From: Oikopleura dioica
Lineage: Eukaryota > Animalia > Chordata
Assembly: GCA_907165135.1 (NCBI GenBank)
Contig: OU015566.1
Span: 5,394,001 to 5,458,000 of the forward strand
Reading direction: 5' to 3'
DNA: 64,000 nucleotides
Shown here one piece after another: positions 1 to 12,702 of the stretch (within the stretch, counting starts at the first letter, position 1; every line of letters starts with the position of its first letter). The notes beneath the pieces were generated by a model. It was not told the origin of the DNA. It saw only the letters and a list, made by a program, of their open reading frames with translations, and made no database searches. Made by a program: the position numbers and the translations under genes.

Positions 1-586
1 TGACAGTTATCGTTGTTGTCTCCTAAACATTTGGTGTCACAAAAAATCAGACTAACTAATTTTGAAAACATCCCCGGCAAATTTCGTTGTCGCAGTTGAA
101 ACATCCTTCTTTGCAGTTTTCTCCGCAGGGACAGTTGTCGCGGCAACCTTAGAATTAGTGGAAATTATTCATTCATTTTTATTTACTTTGGAATTCCCTG
201 TCACAGATTGACTGGCAGTACTCCGTTTCGCAGAGAAGACGGCATCTGTTGTACTCGACTCGGCAAACACCTTCGCATTCTGACTGCAAGGCTTTATCAC
301 TTAATAGGAGTTGACACACGAACCTTAAATACTAAACTCACGGGCATTCGTCTTCCTTGATTTCAAAGCTTCTCTCGATATCGTCATTTTTCGAGAATCC
401 CGGTTTGCTGGCCCCAACAGCTTCTGATTCAACATTTTCTTGATACAAATCATTTTTTGAAGAGTAAATAAGTGGTCTTGTGCGAAAAATATCGTTGCCA
501 AGAAAATCCGACCGCTGACGAGCTTTCGAGCTGCAATCGGCGACGAAAACGCCCTCCAAAAAGATAAAAATGCTTGGAAATCTCAT
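1..586 (-). CDS. Secreted Cys-rich domain protein, partial (continues beyond window start)
   Basis: Signal-like MRFPSIFIFLEGVFVA. Spliced exons give CEGVCRVEYNRCRLLCETEYCQSICDREFQ/SCRDNCPCGENCKEGCFNCDNEIC with GT-AG introns. Confidence 0.6.
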
Positions 587-789
587 TTTTGAAGTTGGAA
601 CAATTTGACTGGATGGTTTTTTTTGAAGTACAGGCAAATTACTCAGTAAATATGAAGTTCGTTCCTCAAGTCAGTTTGATATTTGCGATTGGATTCAAAG
701 AATTGTGAATTCAGTAATTAAATTTATTTAGATAAAGTGTTGGAGCGGAAGCTTTGAATCAGTAAATGAACGTTCAGTTACTTTTGTTC

Positions 790-2751
790 ATCAATTAACT
801 TCAGTTCTTGCCTTGAAAATCCTTTAGATTTCAATTCTCTCTGTAACAAACCTTGAAGGATGATCTACCGGAAGATTGGGCAGCGTTAAGAGCTCGAAAG
901 CTCGAGAAAAACTTTTAAATCCGTAAGGGCTTTTGATCTCACTCATAATTTTCTATTTTCGCGGTCGCTTCATTTCATATTTTACGAAAATTAATCAACG
1001 GGACCGTTTCTTTAGCGCGTAAATCGGAATGCAAATAATACTGGACAGAGTCATAAAAGCTGCAACGGCAGTTCCCGAAGCTGGATACTGATAAATTCCA
1101 CTTGGAAGACTGTAACTTGGCTTTTTCACCGAAATAACTTGTGCAAGCAAAACAGCTGAGCAAATTGCAGGCGTAATCCATTTCCAGCAGATTCCGAAAA
1201 ATGACCATGGTCGTCTTCGGGGATCCATTTTGTGGCCGAACATGTCAAAAAGATCGTCGTAGAATTTTTCGACTCCGTAAAGCCAGCCCATTGCGATGCT
1301 CTGGCTGATGACAACAACGAGGACGCAGATTCCAGAGACCGAATATGAGTCGTATAAATTGAAGAGGAAGATTCCACCTGAAATCGGAGTGAAAAAATTT
1401 GTCGTTAAAGGTTTACCTTGATTGATTAGTGGAAGAGCCATCAAGAAAAACAAAACGCAAACAAAGAACACAAAGATGGGTCTTCTATGTTTCTTCTTGT
1501 CAAACCAGCTTTGATGGAAGTCCACGATCATTGACGAAATCGACTCAATAACTGAGCATTCCGAAGCCAAACCAAGAATGATCAACATTCCAAAGAACAA
1601 ACTGAACCAGACGTGGCAATACGGCAGTGCTTTCAAAGCCCTGGGATAGGCGATGAAAGCCAGTCCTGGTCCACTTCGTCCAACTGTCTCCATCGGAATG
1701 CCTGTTTCGTACGACATGTTTCCCAAGACGCTAAAAATTGCGATTCCAGCGAGAAACGAGGCGGAACAATTCAGGAAGCAAAGCCGAGAGGTCCATTTGA
1801 AAATGTTATAATCGTATTTGTTGAAGCTTCCAAGCGTTGTAAGAACTCCAGTGCCGAGGACGTAGCTAAAGATGACTTGGCTGCCGGCAGCAAGCCATAC
1901 TTCTGGATCGACGAGTTTATGGTAAACTGGTTTGAGGTAATATCTTAGGCCGATTGAAGCTCCTGGGAGGGAGACTCCGTTTCCAACGAGGAAGAGGAGC
2001 ATGATCATTGGCATCGTTGCTGAATTATTGAAAGTTGATGGAAGAAATCTTGGAAGAAAATTACCTGTTACATAAGCAGATTTGCCAGTTGACTTGATCC
2101 CCTTGAAAACACAGAAGAAGACAAGAACCCACATAATGACAAGACAGCCGAGAAGCTCTAATCGAAGCCTTCCTACATCTTCAAAACCAGAAGAAATGTT
2201 CAAAGTTCGCTGAAACCAGAATTCTGTTTCGGGCAACTGGGCTGTAGAGTTGCAAGCTTCGGGGATGACGAGGGTTCCGTTTTGATTATATTCCGAAGAA
2301 CAGCAGGGGCTGTTGAAGGAGTTGTCACAGTTTGACCAAGGAGAATTTCCGGTTGCAGAGTGGAGAAAGTAAAAAAGTGCCCACGCGAGAATCACCACGT
2401 AGTAGATAGCGAACCAGCTCGAAAGAATCATCCCAGCAAAGCCAATGCCTTTCGCGATCGGAACAATTTTCCATACTTTTATTCCTCCAAGCGACATGAA
2501 CTGGCCCATTGAAAATTCGAGCAACATTGTCGGCACTGCCACGAGCAGAACAAAGGTAAAATAAGGGACCAGGAATGCACCGCCTCCATATTTATAACAC
2601 AAGTACGGAAATCGCCAAACATTTCCAAGTCCAATGCAACAACCAGCTACCGTCAAGACGAATTCTCTTTGATTCGTCCATTTCTGAAAATTTCACTAAT
2701 ATCTAAACTCGTTCCTGTTCTTACAATTCTTGCTGATGGCTTCGAATCCAT
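790..2751 (-). CDS. SLC6 sodium:neurotransmitter symporter (GABA/taurine/creatine transporter-like)
   Basis: KWTNQREF..GCCIGLGNVWRFPYLCYKYGGGAFLVPY, GKSAYVT, SGPGLAFIAYP motifs and many TM segments. ATG at 2751. Short introns, some in frame. 3' end approximate. Confidence 0.95.
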
Positions 2752-3194
2752 ATTTTCAGAATTTTTTTCTCTTCAGCAAATGGTGAGTGAACTTTTTTGT
2801 TGAAACAATTTATTTATTATTTAACGTAAGCGGAAATTGGCTTTTCAACCTAGATTGCTTGAGGCTTGGGTTTTTTCCTTGATGTCATTGTTGCTGAGTC
2901 TTTCTTCGGAGTCATTTCTTTGAATAGATAATATTCCTGCCACTTGTCTAGGTGGATTTTTTCTAAATGTCATTTGAAAAGCGAAAAGGCTCACTTTAAA
3001 GTTGAAACTAGACTAGACGACAAAATACACTGTACTGTAGTAAAATATTCATGCGTGAATTTTTATTGAGAAAAGTTTTCTTCCGAAGCAGATAGGTCCT
3101 ATCTGATAGGAAATATTATCATGAGAACTTGAATAGCAATAAAGAAATAAAAAACACCAGCGAAACCATTCTTGCCGAACTTGTTGGCTATGGT

Positions 3195-3499
3195 CAATTT
3201 TAGGAGTTAAGAAGATTTGGAGTAAGCTAAAAGGAGCAACTTTATTTTCCGGAGATACTCCAAATTGGAGCAAAATTTCAACGCCGATTTTAAGGGTGTT
3301 GCAGAAATATTTAAGGGTATCTGAATAGCTCAAAAGAAAGTCCGGGCCCGGAGGCGCGTTTTTGCCGGGGTTTGACAGGGCCGGGAGGCCCTTAACACCA
3401 TTAAAATCGGCTTTGAAATTTTGCTCCGATTTGGAGTATCTCCGGAAAATAAAGTTGCTCCTTTAAGCTTACTCCAAATCTTCTTAACTCCAAAAATTG
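3195..3499. mobile_element. Foldback/MITE-like element with ~105 bp imperfect inverted repeats
   Basis: 3195-3300 is the reverse complement of 3394-3499. The GC-rich spacer contains ccgggcccgg. Direct repeat gccgaacttgtt near 3175 and 3506. Confidence 0.75.
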
Positions 3500-3819
3500 T
3501 GTCGAGCCGAACTTGTTTGGGATTTCTTGAAGGCCGAAGATCAGAAGCCTAAATCATCGTAAAACAGAATAAGTAAAATAAACTCACCCTGTTAGGCCGA
3601 GAGCAAGTCTTTTGATTCCAACCAGAATTCCATAAAATTTGAATGGAAAGAGAAATCTGCAGATGACCGGAGATACCGCGAAAGTAGAAATTGCTCGCTT
3701 TCGTATCAGAATTGAATTCACTCTTTGAATACTAGTCTTGCTCTGAAATAAACGTCGCTCTCTTCAAAGTGAACCCTTTATGTTTTCGTTAGGAATAGAA
3801 CAGAAGCTACAGTCCACTT

Positions 3820-3872
3820 TTGCGGTCTACCGCGCACCGTTTAGATAGCCGCGATCATCTTCATAAAAGCAA
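3820..3872 (+). promoter_or_regulatory. Conserved upstream block of connexin copy 1
   Basis: tgcggtctaccgcgca..gtttagatagcc..cataaaagca is shared with 5539-5590, at the same distance from the ATG. Confidence 0.6.
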
Positions 3873-3951
3873 GCATGAATCTGCAACCTTGCATTTTATC
3901 TTGGCAAGAGAGTTTACCACTGAAGCCAATTTTCGCAGGATCATTTTTGAA

Positions 3952-5254
3952 ATGGGGCTGGCGCTTGCAGAAACATTAATTGAATATTCAAACACAGGTT
4001 TTTTATTCAAGCCAGAATGAGTTTTTCCCGCTTACTGTATCGTAGCGATCTTGTACAGTACCCGCCTTGGCATTCTATGGTACGCCCTTACTTGCGGCTT
4101 TCGACTTGGAATGGCGGCTTTGATTGGCCCGGCGATCTGGACTGGCACTGCTGATGATTTCAAATGTGACACGGTTTTATTCGGTTGCGAAAATGCTTGC
4201 TACAATAATTTTATGCCAATTGGACTTGATAAACTTTGGCAAATTCAATTGGAAGGGATTCGAAGGATCGTACTCTTCCTTGATTTTAGCAGAAAAAAAT
4301 TGAATCATTTTAAAGATTGCGACGCTTTTTCCGAGTTTTGTCTTCACGAGCTATATTTATCTTGAAGATGGAAAACGACGATTAGGTACAGTTAGGCTTT
4401 TCGAGTCTAGCTCTCCTGATTTGAAATTTTACAGATGCGAGAAGAAGAAAACTGGAGGAAAAATCGACAAATTTTGGATCAGATCATACAATCGAAGAAT
4501 CTGTTTCTGAAGCGTCGAAGCTCACAAATCGGGAAGTAATGAAGGCGAGAAAAGAAAAACGAAAACTGCGAGTGATGGGGAAGAAGGTGGTTGAGGTGGT
4601 CTGGAGCCAGCAGATTCGATTCGCGTTTTTGGTCCATCTTCTTTGCAGACTCTGCGTTGAAGTGTGCTTCTTTTCGTTTTCGACGCTGATCCAGGTTCCT
4701 TTATTGCCATTATAATGCCATTTTTATCCTCCTAAACATTGAAAATTCAGCTGAATATGAACAACATCGGGCGATACGGAGCCGATCATCAATACGCCTT
4801 TGTCGGACTATTTGATGTACCAGCCACTTACTACTGTCCAGTCAAGGACGTTTACGTCAGACAGTGGTGCAACAAAAACAAGAACATTCTTTGCTTCGTC
4901 AATAAAGTAATTTAACCAAAGGTCCTCCCTTTAAAAAATTCTAGCCAACAGAAAAGAAAATCTCCCTCTTCTACATGACCATCACCTGTCTTCTCTCAAT
5001 TGCTCTTACAGGTACTCTCGAATCTGTACAAAAGACCTTTATCATTGGCTAAAGTGACGGACTTCGTTTCTGCATGCAGCCATTTTTTCCATCGAAAGAT
5101 CCGCTCCATCAAAAATCGTGCCTTGATCGGTCGACACTTTGCCGAAGAACGTTACCGTGCTCCGCTCGCCAGCGCTAGAAGTTCCCTAGCTGTCCCAAAC
5201 GGGTATTTCAGGGAAAGCTTCCACCACGAAATATCGCCGGTAGGAGCTCTTTAG
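3952..5254 (+). CDS. Connexin (gap junction protein), tandem copy 1
   Basis: YSTRLGILW, E1 loop C-x6-C-x3-C (CDTVLFGCENACY), LWQIQL/IATLFPS and E2 ...CFVNK/PTEKK. Multi-exon. Confidence 0.88.
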
Positions 5255-5538
5255 TTTCTGAAAATGTAAAAAAATAAGGTTGATGAAGCACCCGCCATCG
5301 AAAAAGCTGAGAAATTATCGACTGGAACATCGTTTGATAAACTCGACCGAGAACGCAAATGTAGTTTCTGTTGATACGAATAAAAAAGTTATGAATAAAA
5401 TTATGACCATCATACTCCCTAACCCTAACCCTCACCCAAATTGGGCAATTGCCAATTGGCGATCTGGGGAGAGGCATCCCCTCATAATGAACCCTTATTG
5501 TTTTCGCAAGAAATGGAAGAGAATGTTCATTCCTCTTA

Positions 5539-5590
5539 TGCGGTCTACCGCGCACACGTTTAGATAGCCACGGCCTGCTCCATAAAAGCA
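5539..5590 (+). promoter_or_regulatory. Conserved upstream block of connexin copy 2
   Basis: Near-identical to 3820-3872 while the sequence further upstream has diverged. Confidence 0.6.
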
Positions 5591-5669
5591 GGATACACCT
5601 CAATCCTTGCTCTTTTCTCTTGACGAGAGAATATCCTAACGCTGCGAATTTTGATCAGATTCAACTAAA

Positions 5670-7109
5670 ATGGGGCTCGCTCTTGCAGAAACACTGATTG
5701 AATACTCCAATACAGGTTTTCTTTATAAACTTCTCCGCGTGACAATTTTCTAGCACTTTTGTACAGTACCCGTCTTGGCATCCTATGGTACGTCCTAACT
5801 GGTGGCTTTCGTCTAGGAATGGCTGCTTTGATTGGTCCGGCGATCTGGACAGGCTCTTTAGAGGACTTTAAATGTGACACGGTATTATTCGGTTGCCAGA
5901 ATGCTTGCTACAATAATTTTATGCCAATCGGACTGGACAAGCTTTGGCAAATTCAATTGGAAATGATTCAAATTTGTACTCTTCCTTGACTTCCATCACG
6001 TAAAGAATCATTGAAAAGATCGCAACGCTTTTTCCAAGTTTTGTTTTCACGAGCTACATTTATCTTGAGGATGGAAAACGACGATTAGGTACAGTATCGT
6101 CTTTGCATTGATCAATGGAAATTTTGTCAGATGCGAAGAGAAGAAAGCTCGAAGAAAAATCTACGATTTTCGGATCAGATCATACAATCGACGAATCTGT
6201 TTCAGAAGCATCCAAGCTGACGAATCGAGAAGTGATGAAAGCAAGAAAAGAAAAACGAAAACTGCGAGTGATGGGGAAGAAAGTAGTCGAAGTTGTCTGG
6301 AGTCCACAAATCCGATTCGCGTTTTTAGTCCATCTTCTTTGCAGAATCTGCATCGAGCTTTTTTTCTTTTCGTTTTCGATGATGATACAGGTAATTCGGA
6401 ATCTCTATCATAAATTAAAAATTAAGATGAATATGAACAACATTGGCCGATACGGAGCCGCTCATGAATACGCATTTGCTGGCCTCTTTGATGTACCAGC
6501 TACGTACTACTGTCCTGTGAAGGATGTTTACGTTAGACAGTGGTGCAACAAGAATGAAAATATTTTATGCTTTGTCAATAAGGTTTGGTCTCCTGTTCAA
6601 AGGAGCTATTTTGACGCTGCCCTATTTTTTAGCCAACCGAAAAGAAAGTCTCGCTCTTTTACATGACCATTACTTGTCTGCTTTCGATCGGTTTGACAGG
6701 TATATTGTCCGGGACAATTTGTCCCTTATTGAAAAATGAGTGTTTCTGAATTTTAGTGGCGGACTTCATCTCTGCATGCAGTCATTTCTGCCAAAGAAAG
6801 ATTCGTTCTATCAAAAACCAAACCTTGATCGGTCGACACTTTGCCGAAGAACGATATCGTGCGCCTTTCAACAGCGCTAGAAATTCCATCGGTCCACTTT
6901 ATGGCGCGAGAAACTCGATCCATTCTACTAATGGGACTCTGAACGTGAATAACTACAATCCAGATTTATCTACCGTGAGTGTCTCTTTTTCTTATTTTGA
7001 TAAAAAATAACTCAGATTGACGACAACGACGTAAACGAAAAAATGGAGAAATTATCAGCCCTTGGAGTTTCCTTCAATCGGGAGCGTCGACACAGTTTCC
7101 GTTGAATGA
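5670..7109 (+). CDS. Connexin (gap junction protein), tandem copy 2
   Basis: Paralog of copy 1 with largely the same intron positions and a longer C-terminal tail. Confidence 0.88.
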
Positions 7110-7214
7110 ATTTGGATACTGTTTGAAAAAAAAAAGAAATTTTTATTTCAGAGCGATTATTTTGTACAGCTGGGCAGGAGGTAGAAAATATTTACATGAG
7201 CAGAAATTGACTAC

Positions 7215-10200
7215 TTAGAAGATGGAAAAAAGGACGAGAATGACTGTCGAGAGAATTAGGGACGGTAATGTTCCTTTGACACTATCTGGTGTTGGGGCAG
7301 CGACGCGCACGAGCTGGACAATTTCGAGTTCTTCTTCGATGATTGTTGAGTTTTGATGCGATTTGAGAATGACGGAGGAGTTTGTTTCGATTCCGGACTC
7401 GGTGAAATTTTTGAAAAAGGGTGGAAGCTCAACATCCGTTTCACTCTTCTCTGACTCTGTTTCATTAATTGACACGGTCGTTGTTGCAGTTTGAGTTGTT
7501 GACGATGTTGTGATGGATGTAGAAACAGTGGTTGTTGTCGTGAAATCCGTTGTGGTTGTTGTTTGTTCTGTTTCTGAAAGAATTTTTTCCATAAATTTTA
7601 CCTTTTTCTCGGGGCAGTTTTCTTCGTCATCTCCAAGTGCGCATTCTATTTTTGGGTTCAAAGATATTCCCTTGAAAGCCTTTTCTAAAGCTTGCATTTT
7701 ATCAAAGCCAAAAGACCAAGCGATAGCCTCGATAACTCCGGCATAATTTCAACCCTATCCTTTCGTCCCATCGCAGAGCCAGGAGATTGGAATGCATCCC
7801 GCCCGCCCCAAGCAGGAGTACTCGTTTTCTTCGCAGTAATTTTCTGAACAAAAATAATGACGATTCGTTAATTCTAGCGCTGTTCACGTTTAGCCGAGCT
7901 TTTGAGTTCTAAGAGTTTCGAATCTATTCATGTCCTTTTTAGCTTTTGTAATTTTATATTTCGCATTTCCGAGTTCGCGGATTCCGAGCTCGCTCGTCAA
8001 AACAACTCTTTTTCTTAGATCGCAATTAGTGTCAGTAAATCCCTATCGCTTACGAAAACTGTTACCTTGAGTGGTGGTGTCTGGTGGAGCGCTTGTGGTG
8101 GGAGCTGTGGGCCCAGCTGCGTTGGGAAGAGAAGAGTTGCTGGAATTTCCAGTTTTTGACAGGAGACTTCGTCATCTCCGTGAAAGCAATCCTGTTTTTT
8201 TGTTCGAGAAAATTTACCTTGAATGAAAAAGTAAGGGTGTCAACATGCTTTATCAAAAGTTGGGTTCGATAACCTGTGAAAAAACCTGAGTCAGGGTCCT
8301 GAAATAGTTTTGACAAGACCCTGACTCACATTTTCTACACAGGTTATCAAGCCCAGTTTCTGACTATGCTTAGGGCCGACGAGCAAAAATTCAACCCCAA
8401 GAACCCTTTTTGGTAAAGCCTTGAAACTTTGGGACAATATGTATTTGGGCCCAACTAAAAAAATTGTTATTGAAAATTTTTTGGTCTGACCACGTGATCA
8501 CGTGTTACTGACCCTCGAAAACGTTATCATACCAAAAAATTTTCAACTACAAATTTTTAAGATGGGCCAAAATATATATAGTCCCAAAGTTTCGGGCAGT
8601 TACCTGAAGGGGTTTGGGGGTTGATTTTTTGCTCGTTGACCCTAACTATGCTGCATAGTGATACCCTTTTTCCTATACCGAGAAGATTATAACAAAATTT
8701 ATGAAATCTTGAATTTTCTATATTTTTTCGGACCAATTCCTTAACACCATCGCAAATGTACTCTGTGGGAATGCAATTCTTGCCACTTTGACATCTGTAG
8801 AGTCCAAGACCGCACGGCGGCTTATCTAAACACATTTTGTCAAGCTTTTGTTCCATATTCCTTCGCTTCATGATTAGTCCCCCAATTTGTGGAATTGACA
8901 CTCGAAAAGCCAGCCGCAGCGAAAAAACCTAGCGCTAGAATTTTTTTCTTTCCCATGGCGATTAATTTTTATTGATAAAAAATTACTTGCTTATTTTTAA
9001 CTTAATTCTGTATAATAAATTCAAATTCTGGTGCTGTCGAGATTTCTAAAAACGAGGAAAATTGATACTATTTACTCGAATATTCAATTTCCCATGCAAG
9101 AAAAACAAAAAATAATCAAAGCGATGAATGCATGTGAACGCTAAAAACACAGTCATTAGTAAATCTGAGAATTCGGGAAGCTGATTCAAACTTCCTGCAC
9201 GTATTCGCGCCGGAAAGATCTGTCATGTAATGGCGACTCCAGCAGTTGACAGATGAGCCCTGCGCGAGCCGCTAAATCTGCTCCTGATTCTACAAACGGA
9301 TCTGACTATTTTTCTTCGCGGAAAAATTTTAAATGAATTTAAGTCTACAAAAAACCTAATTTTTTCTTTAGAAATTCATTAAAAAAAATTTAAAAAAAAT
9401 CAAATATTTTAGCCGCTTGCGGCTAAAATTATTTTAAAAAAGCCGCAGGCTAAATTTGCGGCTTTTTCATGTGAAATTTAAGCCGCAAGCGGCTAATTTG
9501 TAGGTTTTTGTATTGAAAAAAGCTTTTCTCCACGGAACAAAATTATTGGTGAATTTCCCAAAACAGGTTAAATCCTTCCGAAAACACGTTACCTTCTCGG
9601 AGAATCGGGCATTTCTGAAAGTCCAGATTGAAATCATCTAGCGCGGCTGGAACTGGACTATCTCCCCTGTGCTCGCCCTTGATGCGGATCTAAAACAAAC
9701 ATCTTCAAATTTTCTATCTCAATTTTCAAATATTTTTTCAAAGCGATAAAAGCTTAATCATCAGCTTCCGAAATTGTAACGTTACATGAACTGGCTCGAC
9801 CACTCGCGGGAGTGGAACTGAAACAAGCGACCAATTTTCTAATCCTCGATCGAGCTCGACTTTTTGGGAATAAAGTTCGATGCCGCTGGAATCGATGACT
9901 TGAAGGGAGTCGAGGGAGCCTGGGCGGACTTGAAATGTGAAGCAGTTGTCGGTCGCTGTCGGCCACACGGTGGGAGAGACCAAGGTGAAACTTGTGGAAG
10001 AGGTGTTACTTGGAGACAGATCGAGTTCGGCCACAGCGTAGAAGTTTTCTAAAAATCGAGTCGCTTATTGAGTCACATCAAAACGTGGAAAGGGTAAAAA
10101 GAAGGTTCAAGGATAAAGGTTCTGAGAAAAAATATTAAATTGATTGACGGTTTCTTAAATATATTTAAATATTTTTTAAATGAAATTTCGATTTTTGGTT

Positions 10201-11750
10201 TAAAAATAGAGTTAAATTATTGACTCAATACTTATAAGAGGTTTATTTAGCAAAATATCTCAAGCAAATTTTATTTTTCTATCGTCAGGGGGCTCCTTAA
10301 GTTTTGGAACCGCAAATACAAAGTTTAGTTGAATCATCAATTTGTTGAAAACCCAGTCAATCAAGCAACTCTGTTCATTTCGATTTTTTCCCGAAAACAT
10401 CAATGGCGCGGGTCGTTATTTTGCGGTGGGGAACAAAAAAGTGCTTTGCGGCGGCGATTACGACTGTACGTGTACAGCTAGAACTGATGACTCACCTTCT
10501 TCTGCGCTGATTCCCATCGAAGTCAAGTCCCACCCGAGACATGTTCCTTGTTCAAAATCACAGTTGAAGATTTCTTTTGCCGGTTCTACAGCCATCCAGC
10601 GAAGTGCGAAGCCAGATTTTTCCTCGTTTCCGTCTGATCCGAATTCGATCGTGAATTGGTTGCTTTTTGAAATGATGGGGAAAATTGGCTTGGATCCGCA
10701 GAAGGTGTTTTCTTTTCTTCGTTTGGTTCCTTGGTCGTAAAATGCTAGAAAGGATTTTAAGGGTGTCTAAAGGAAAAGAAGCGATAAGAAAATAAATGAT
10801 ACCGAGAAAGTCAAAATTGCATCCACTCGGATCGGGCTCCAAATCCATCCATTCCATGTCCACCTGAAAAAGTGACGTTTAGGTTTAGCTGCTTTGGTGA
10901 ACAGTTTTTCACTCGGCGTAATGAACAAATCCGCTACAGCGCGGGTACACTCGAGCTTGAAATATTACGGCGCCGAAGTGATTCCAAAACACGTGTGAAA
11001 AACTCGAAAATTGCGGAAATTTAGCTTCAATTTTTTTCATGTCCAAAAAATTTCCTTCGTCAAAATGAAGTTGGATCTCTTACCTCGACAATCATCCCTT
11101 TCGGCACTTCTACAGTCCATTTACAAGCAGAATTCTTCGGATAATTCGCCAACGGGAACCCAGGCGAAGCAACAGTACCATAAACGCCGGCATAATTTCC
11201 GCCGCAGTTTCCGTAAATTTGCGCTGAAAAGAGAATCGATAGCGAAATATTTGTTTGGAAGGTCAGCGACTATCACTAGGACGCGCAAAGGGGGCCATTC
11301 CAAAGGCGACAAGGGAGTGACTGCGCTGACAAGGGACAACTCATTTCCCTACACTTATTGCGCATATCTTCGCCATGTCACAATTTTAAAAGCGGTGTTT
11401 CTAGGGCCACTTTGAGGAGTTCTAGAGTGAGATAGAAAAATGCCTTTCACGTAAAATGAAATTATTTCGTAAAAAATTTTATTTTAAAAAATCAAATTAA
11501 TGAATTTTAAAATTAATATTTAAATTTAAAATTGTTTGTTTTTCCGCCAAAAAAAATATTTTTTTAAATAATTAATTACGGCGGAGAAAGAAATCCAAAT
11601 TCTTTTTTGACTTATAAAAATAAATCAATAATCTTATGAAAATCTTATTGCTAGAATTTTTTTTCCAAAAATTTATCTCTTCAACTTACGTTTGGTAGAA
11701 AGAGCTTCGACGGCATTGAAAAGCGCCCAAAATTTCGTGAAATCTCTCAT
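7215..11750 (-). CDS. CUB-MAM-LDLa(x2)-Thr-rich cell-surface protein with C-terminal hydrophobic (GPI/TM) anchor
   Basis: Signal exon MRDFTKFWALFNAVEA at 11750. CUB: CGGNYAGVYGTVASPGFPLANYPKNSACKW...CNFDF..FCGSK..SDGNEEKSGF. MAM: CDFEQGTCLGW. LDLa: CQSGKNCIPTEYICDGVK/DCFHGDDEVSC and CIPISWLCDGTK/ECALGDDEENC. A 1-nt indel seems needed near 8155. Confidence 0.8.
8261..8356. mobile_element. Small hairpin MITE (cctgagtcaggg...ccctgactca family) in intron
   Basis: Inverted arms tgggttcgataacctgtg..tgagtcagggtc / gaccctgactca..cacaggttatcaagccca. Related copies at 54745, 55346 and 56019. Confidence 0.65.
8371..8644. mobile_element. Foldback/MITE with ~95 bp inverted repeats in intron
   Basis: 8371-8467 is an imperfect reverse complement of 8548-8644. 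Central palindrome cacgtgatcacgtg at ~8491. Confidence 0.7.
9410..9495. repeat. Cluster of short AGCCGC..GCGGCT palindromes in intron
   Basis: tagccgcttgcggcta, agccgcaggct and agccgcaagcggct within AT-rich sequence. Confidence 0.55.
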
Positions 11751-12138
11751 CGAGACGTTAAATTGTATTCTCAGCTTCTTGACGATCGTAAACTTTCACG
11801 ATCGAGGCGCGGCGCGTCACTGCGCCCTCGCGCCAACAGCGCCACCAACTTTGTACTCTTATGAGATTTATCGGAAAAGTGATGCTTTTAGGGGGATTAT
11901 TACAACCAAGGTACTCTTTAATTACTGTAGCTTTCACAGAGGAATACTGTGGTTTTTCGTTATTGTTTTTTGTAAAGAAAAAATATCCAAGATTGTAAAA
12001 AAAGCTTGAAAATCGCTAAAAAGCTTAGTATGCTAAAGAAAAAGCTTCTTCAAGTTGAATTAACATAAAAATATTTTATCTTGAACTTCTAACTCGCTCG
12101 ATAAAAGAAGAAATAGAACGAGCGATAGCTAAAAAGGT

Positions 12139-12640
12139 CAACAGAGCAAGTTGAAGATATGATAATTTATTCGCGAACGAAATTTTTCGACGACATCGGA
12201 AGGAAGCGCCAGTCGCCAAAAGTCGACTTTGAAGTGGTAATCGCCGATTTTGTTCATATTGACACGTGCCAGCCCAGAAGCGGGGAGATCGAACCGTTAT
12301 TTTCAGTATCGTACATTTGGAACTCACCAATGCTATTTATTAGCAAACCTTAAGATTTCATTTTATACCTTTTCTGTGCTGATTTCTATTCTTGAGGAGC
12401 TTATATTTTCACTACCAGCTGGTTAGGCATATTGCATTTGCACATTGATAAGGACCGACCCAATATGGTATTCTGTTGATAAAAATCTCGCTTTTTTGGA
12501 ACTTGTTTACGCAGTATTGATTTCTTGAAGTGAAGCTGTCGGATAGACGAGGTCTGAGCCGGAAGGAAACTGCGAAAGCAAGCTCAGATGAGCTGCGATT
12601 CCCAAAAGAGGCTCAAACGTGGGATGCAAAATCGGCATTT
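12139..12640 (-). CDS. Possible small orphan gene
   Basis: Coding-looking segment NMNKIGDYHFKVDFWRLALPSDVVEKFRSRINYHIFNLLC*. Exon structure unresolved. Confidence 0.25.
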
Positions 12641-12702
12641 TTATTGCGGCAGAAAATTTTCTAATCAAAGGAACTTTTCGAAATGACAGGCTGAAAAGGA
12701 AT

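Noticed and set aside
5417-5432. CCCTAA x2.7 telomere-like repeat (also ttagggttagg at ~52147)
   Set aside because: Too short to distinguish from chance or to call an interstitial telomere.
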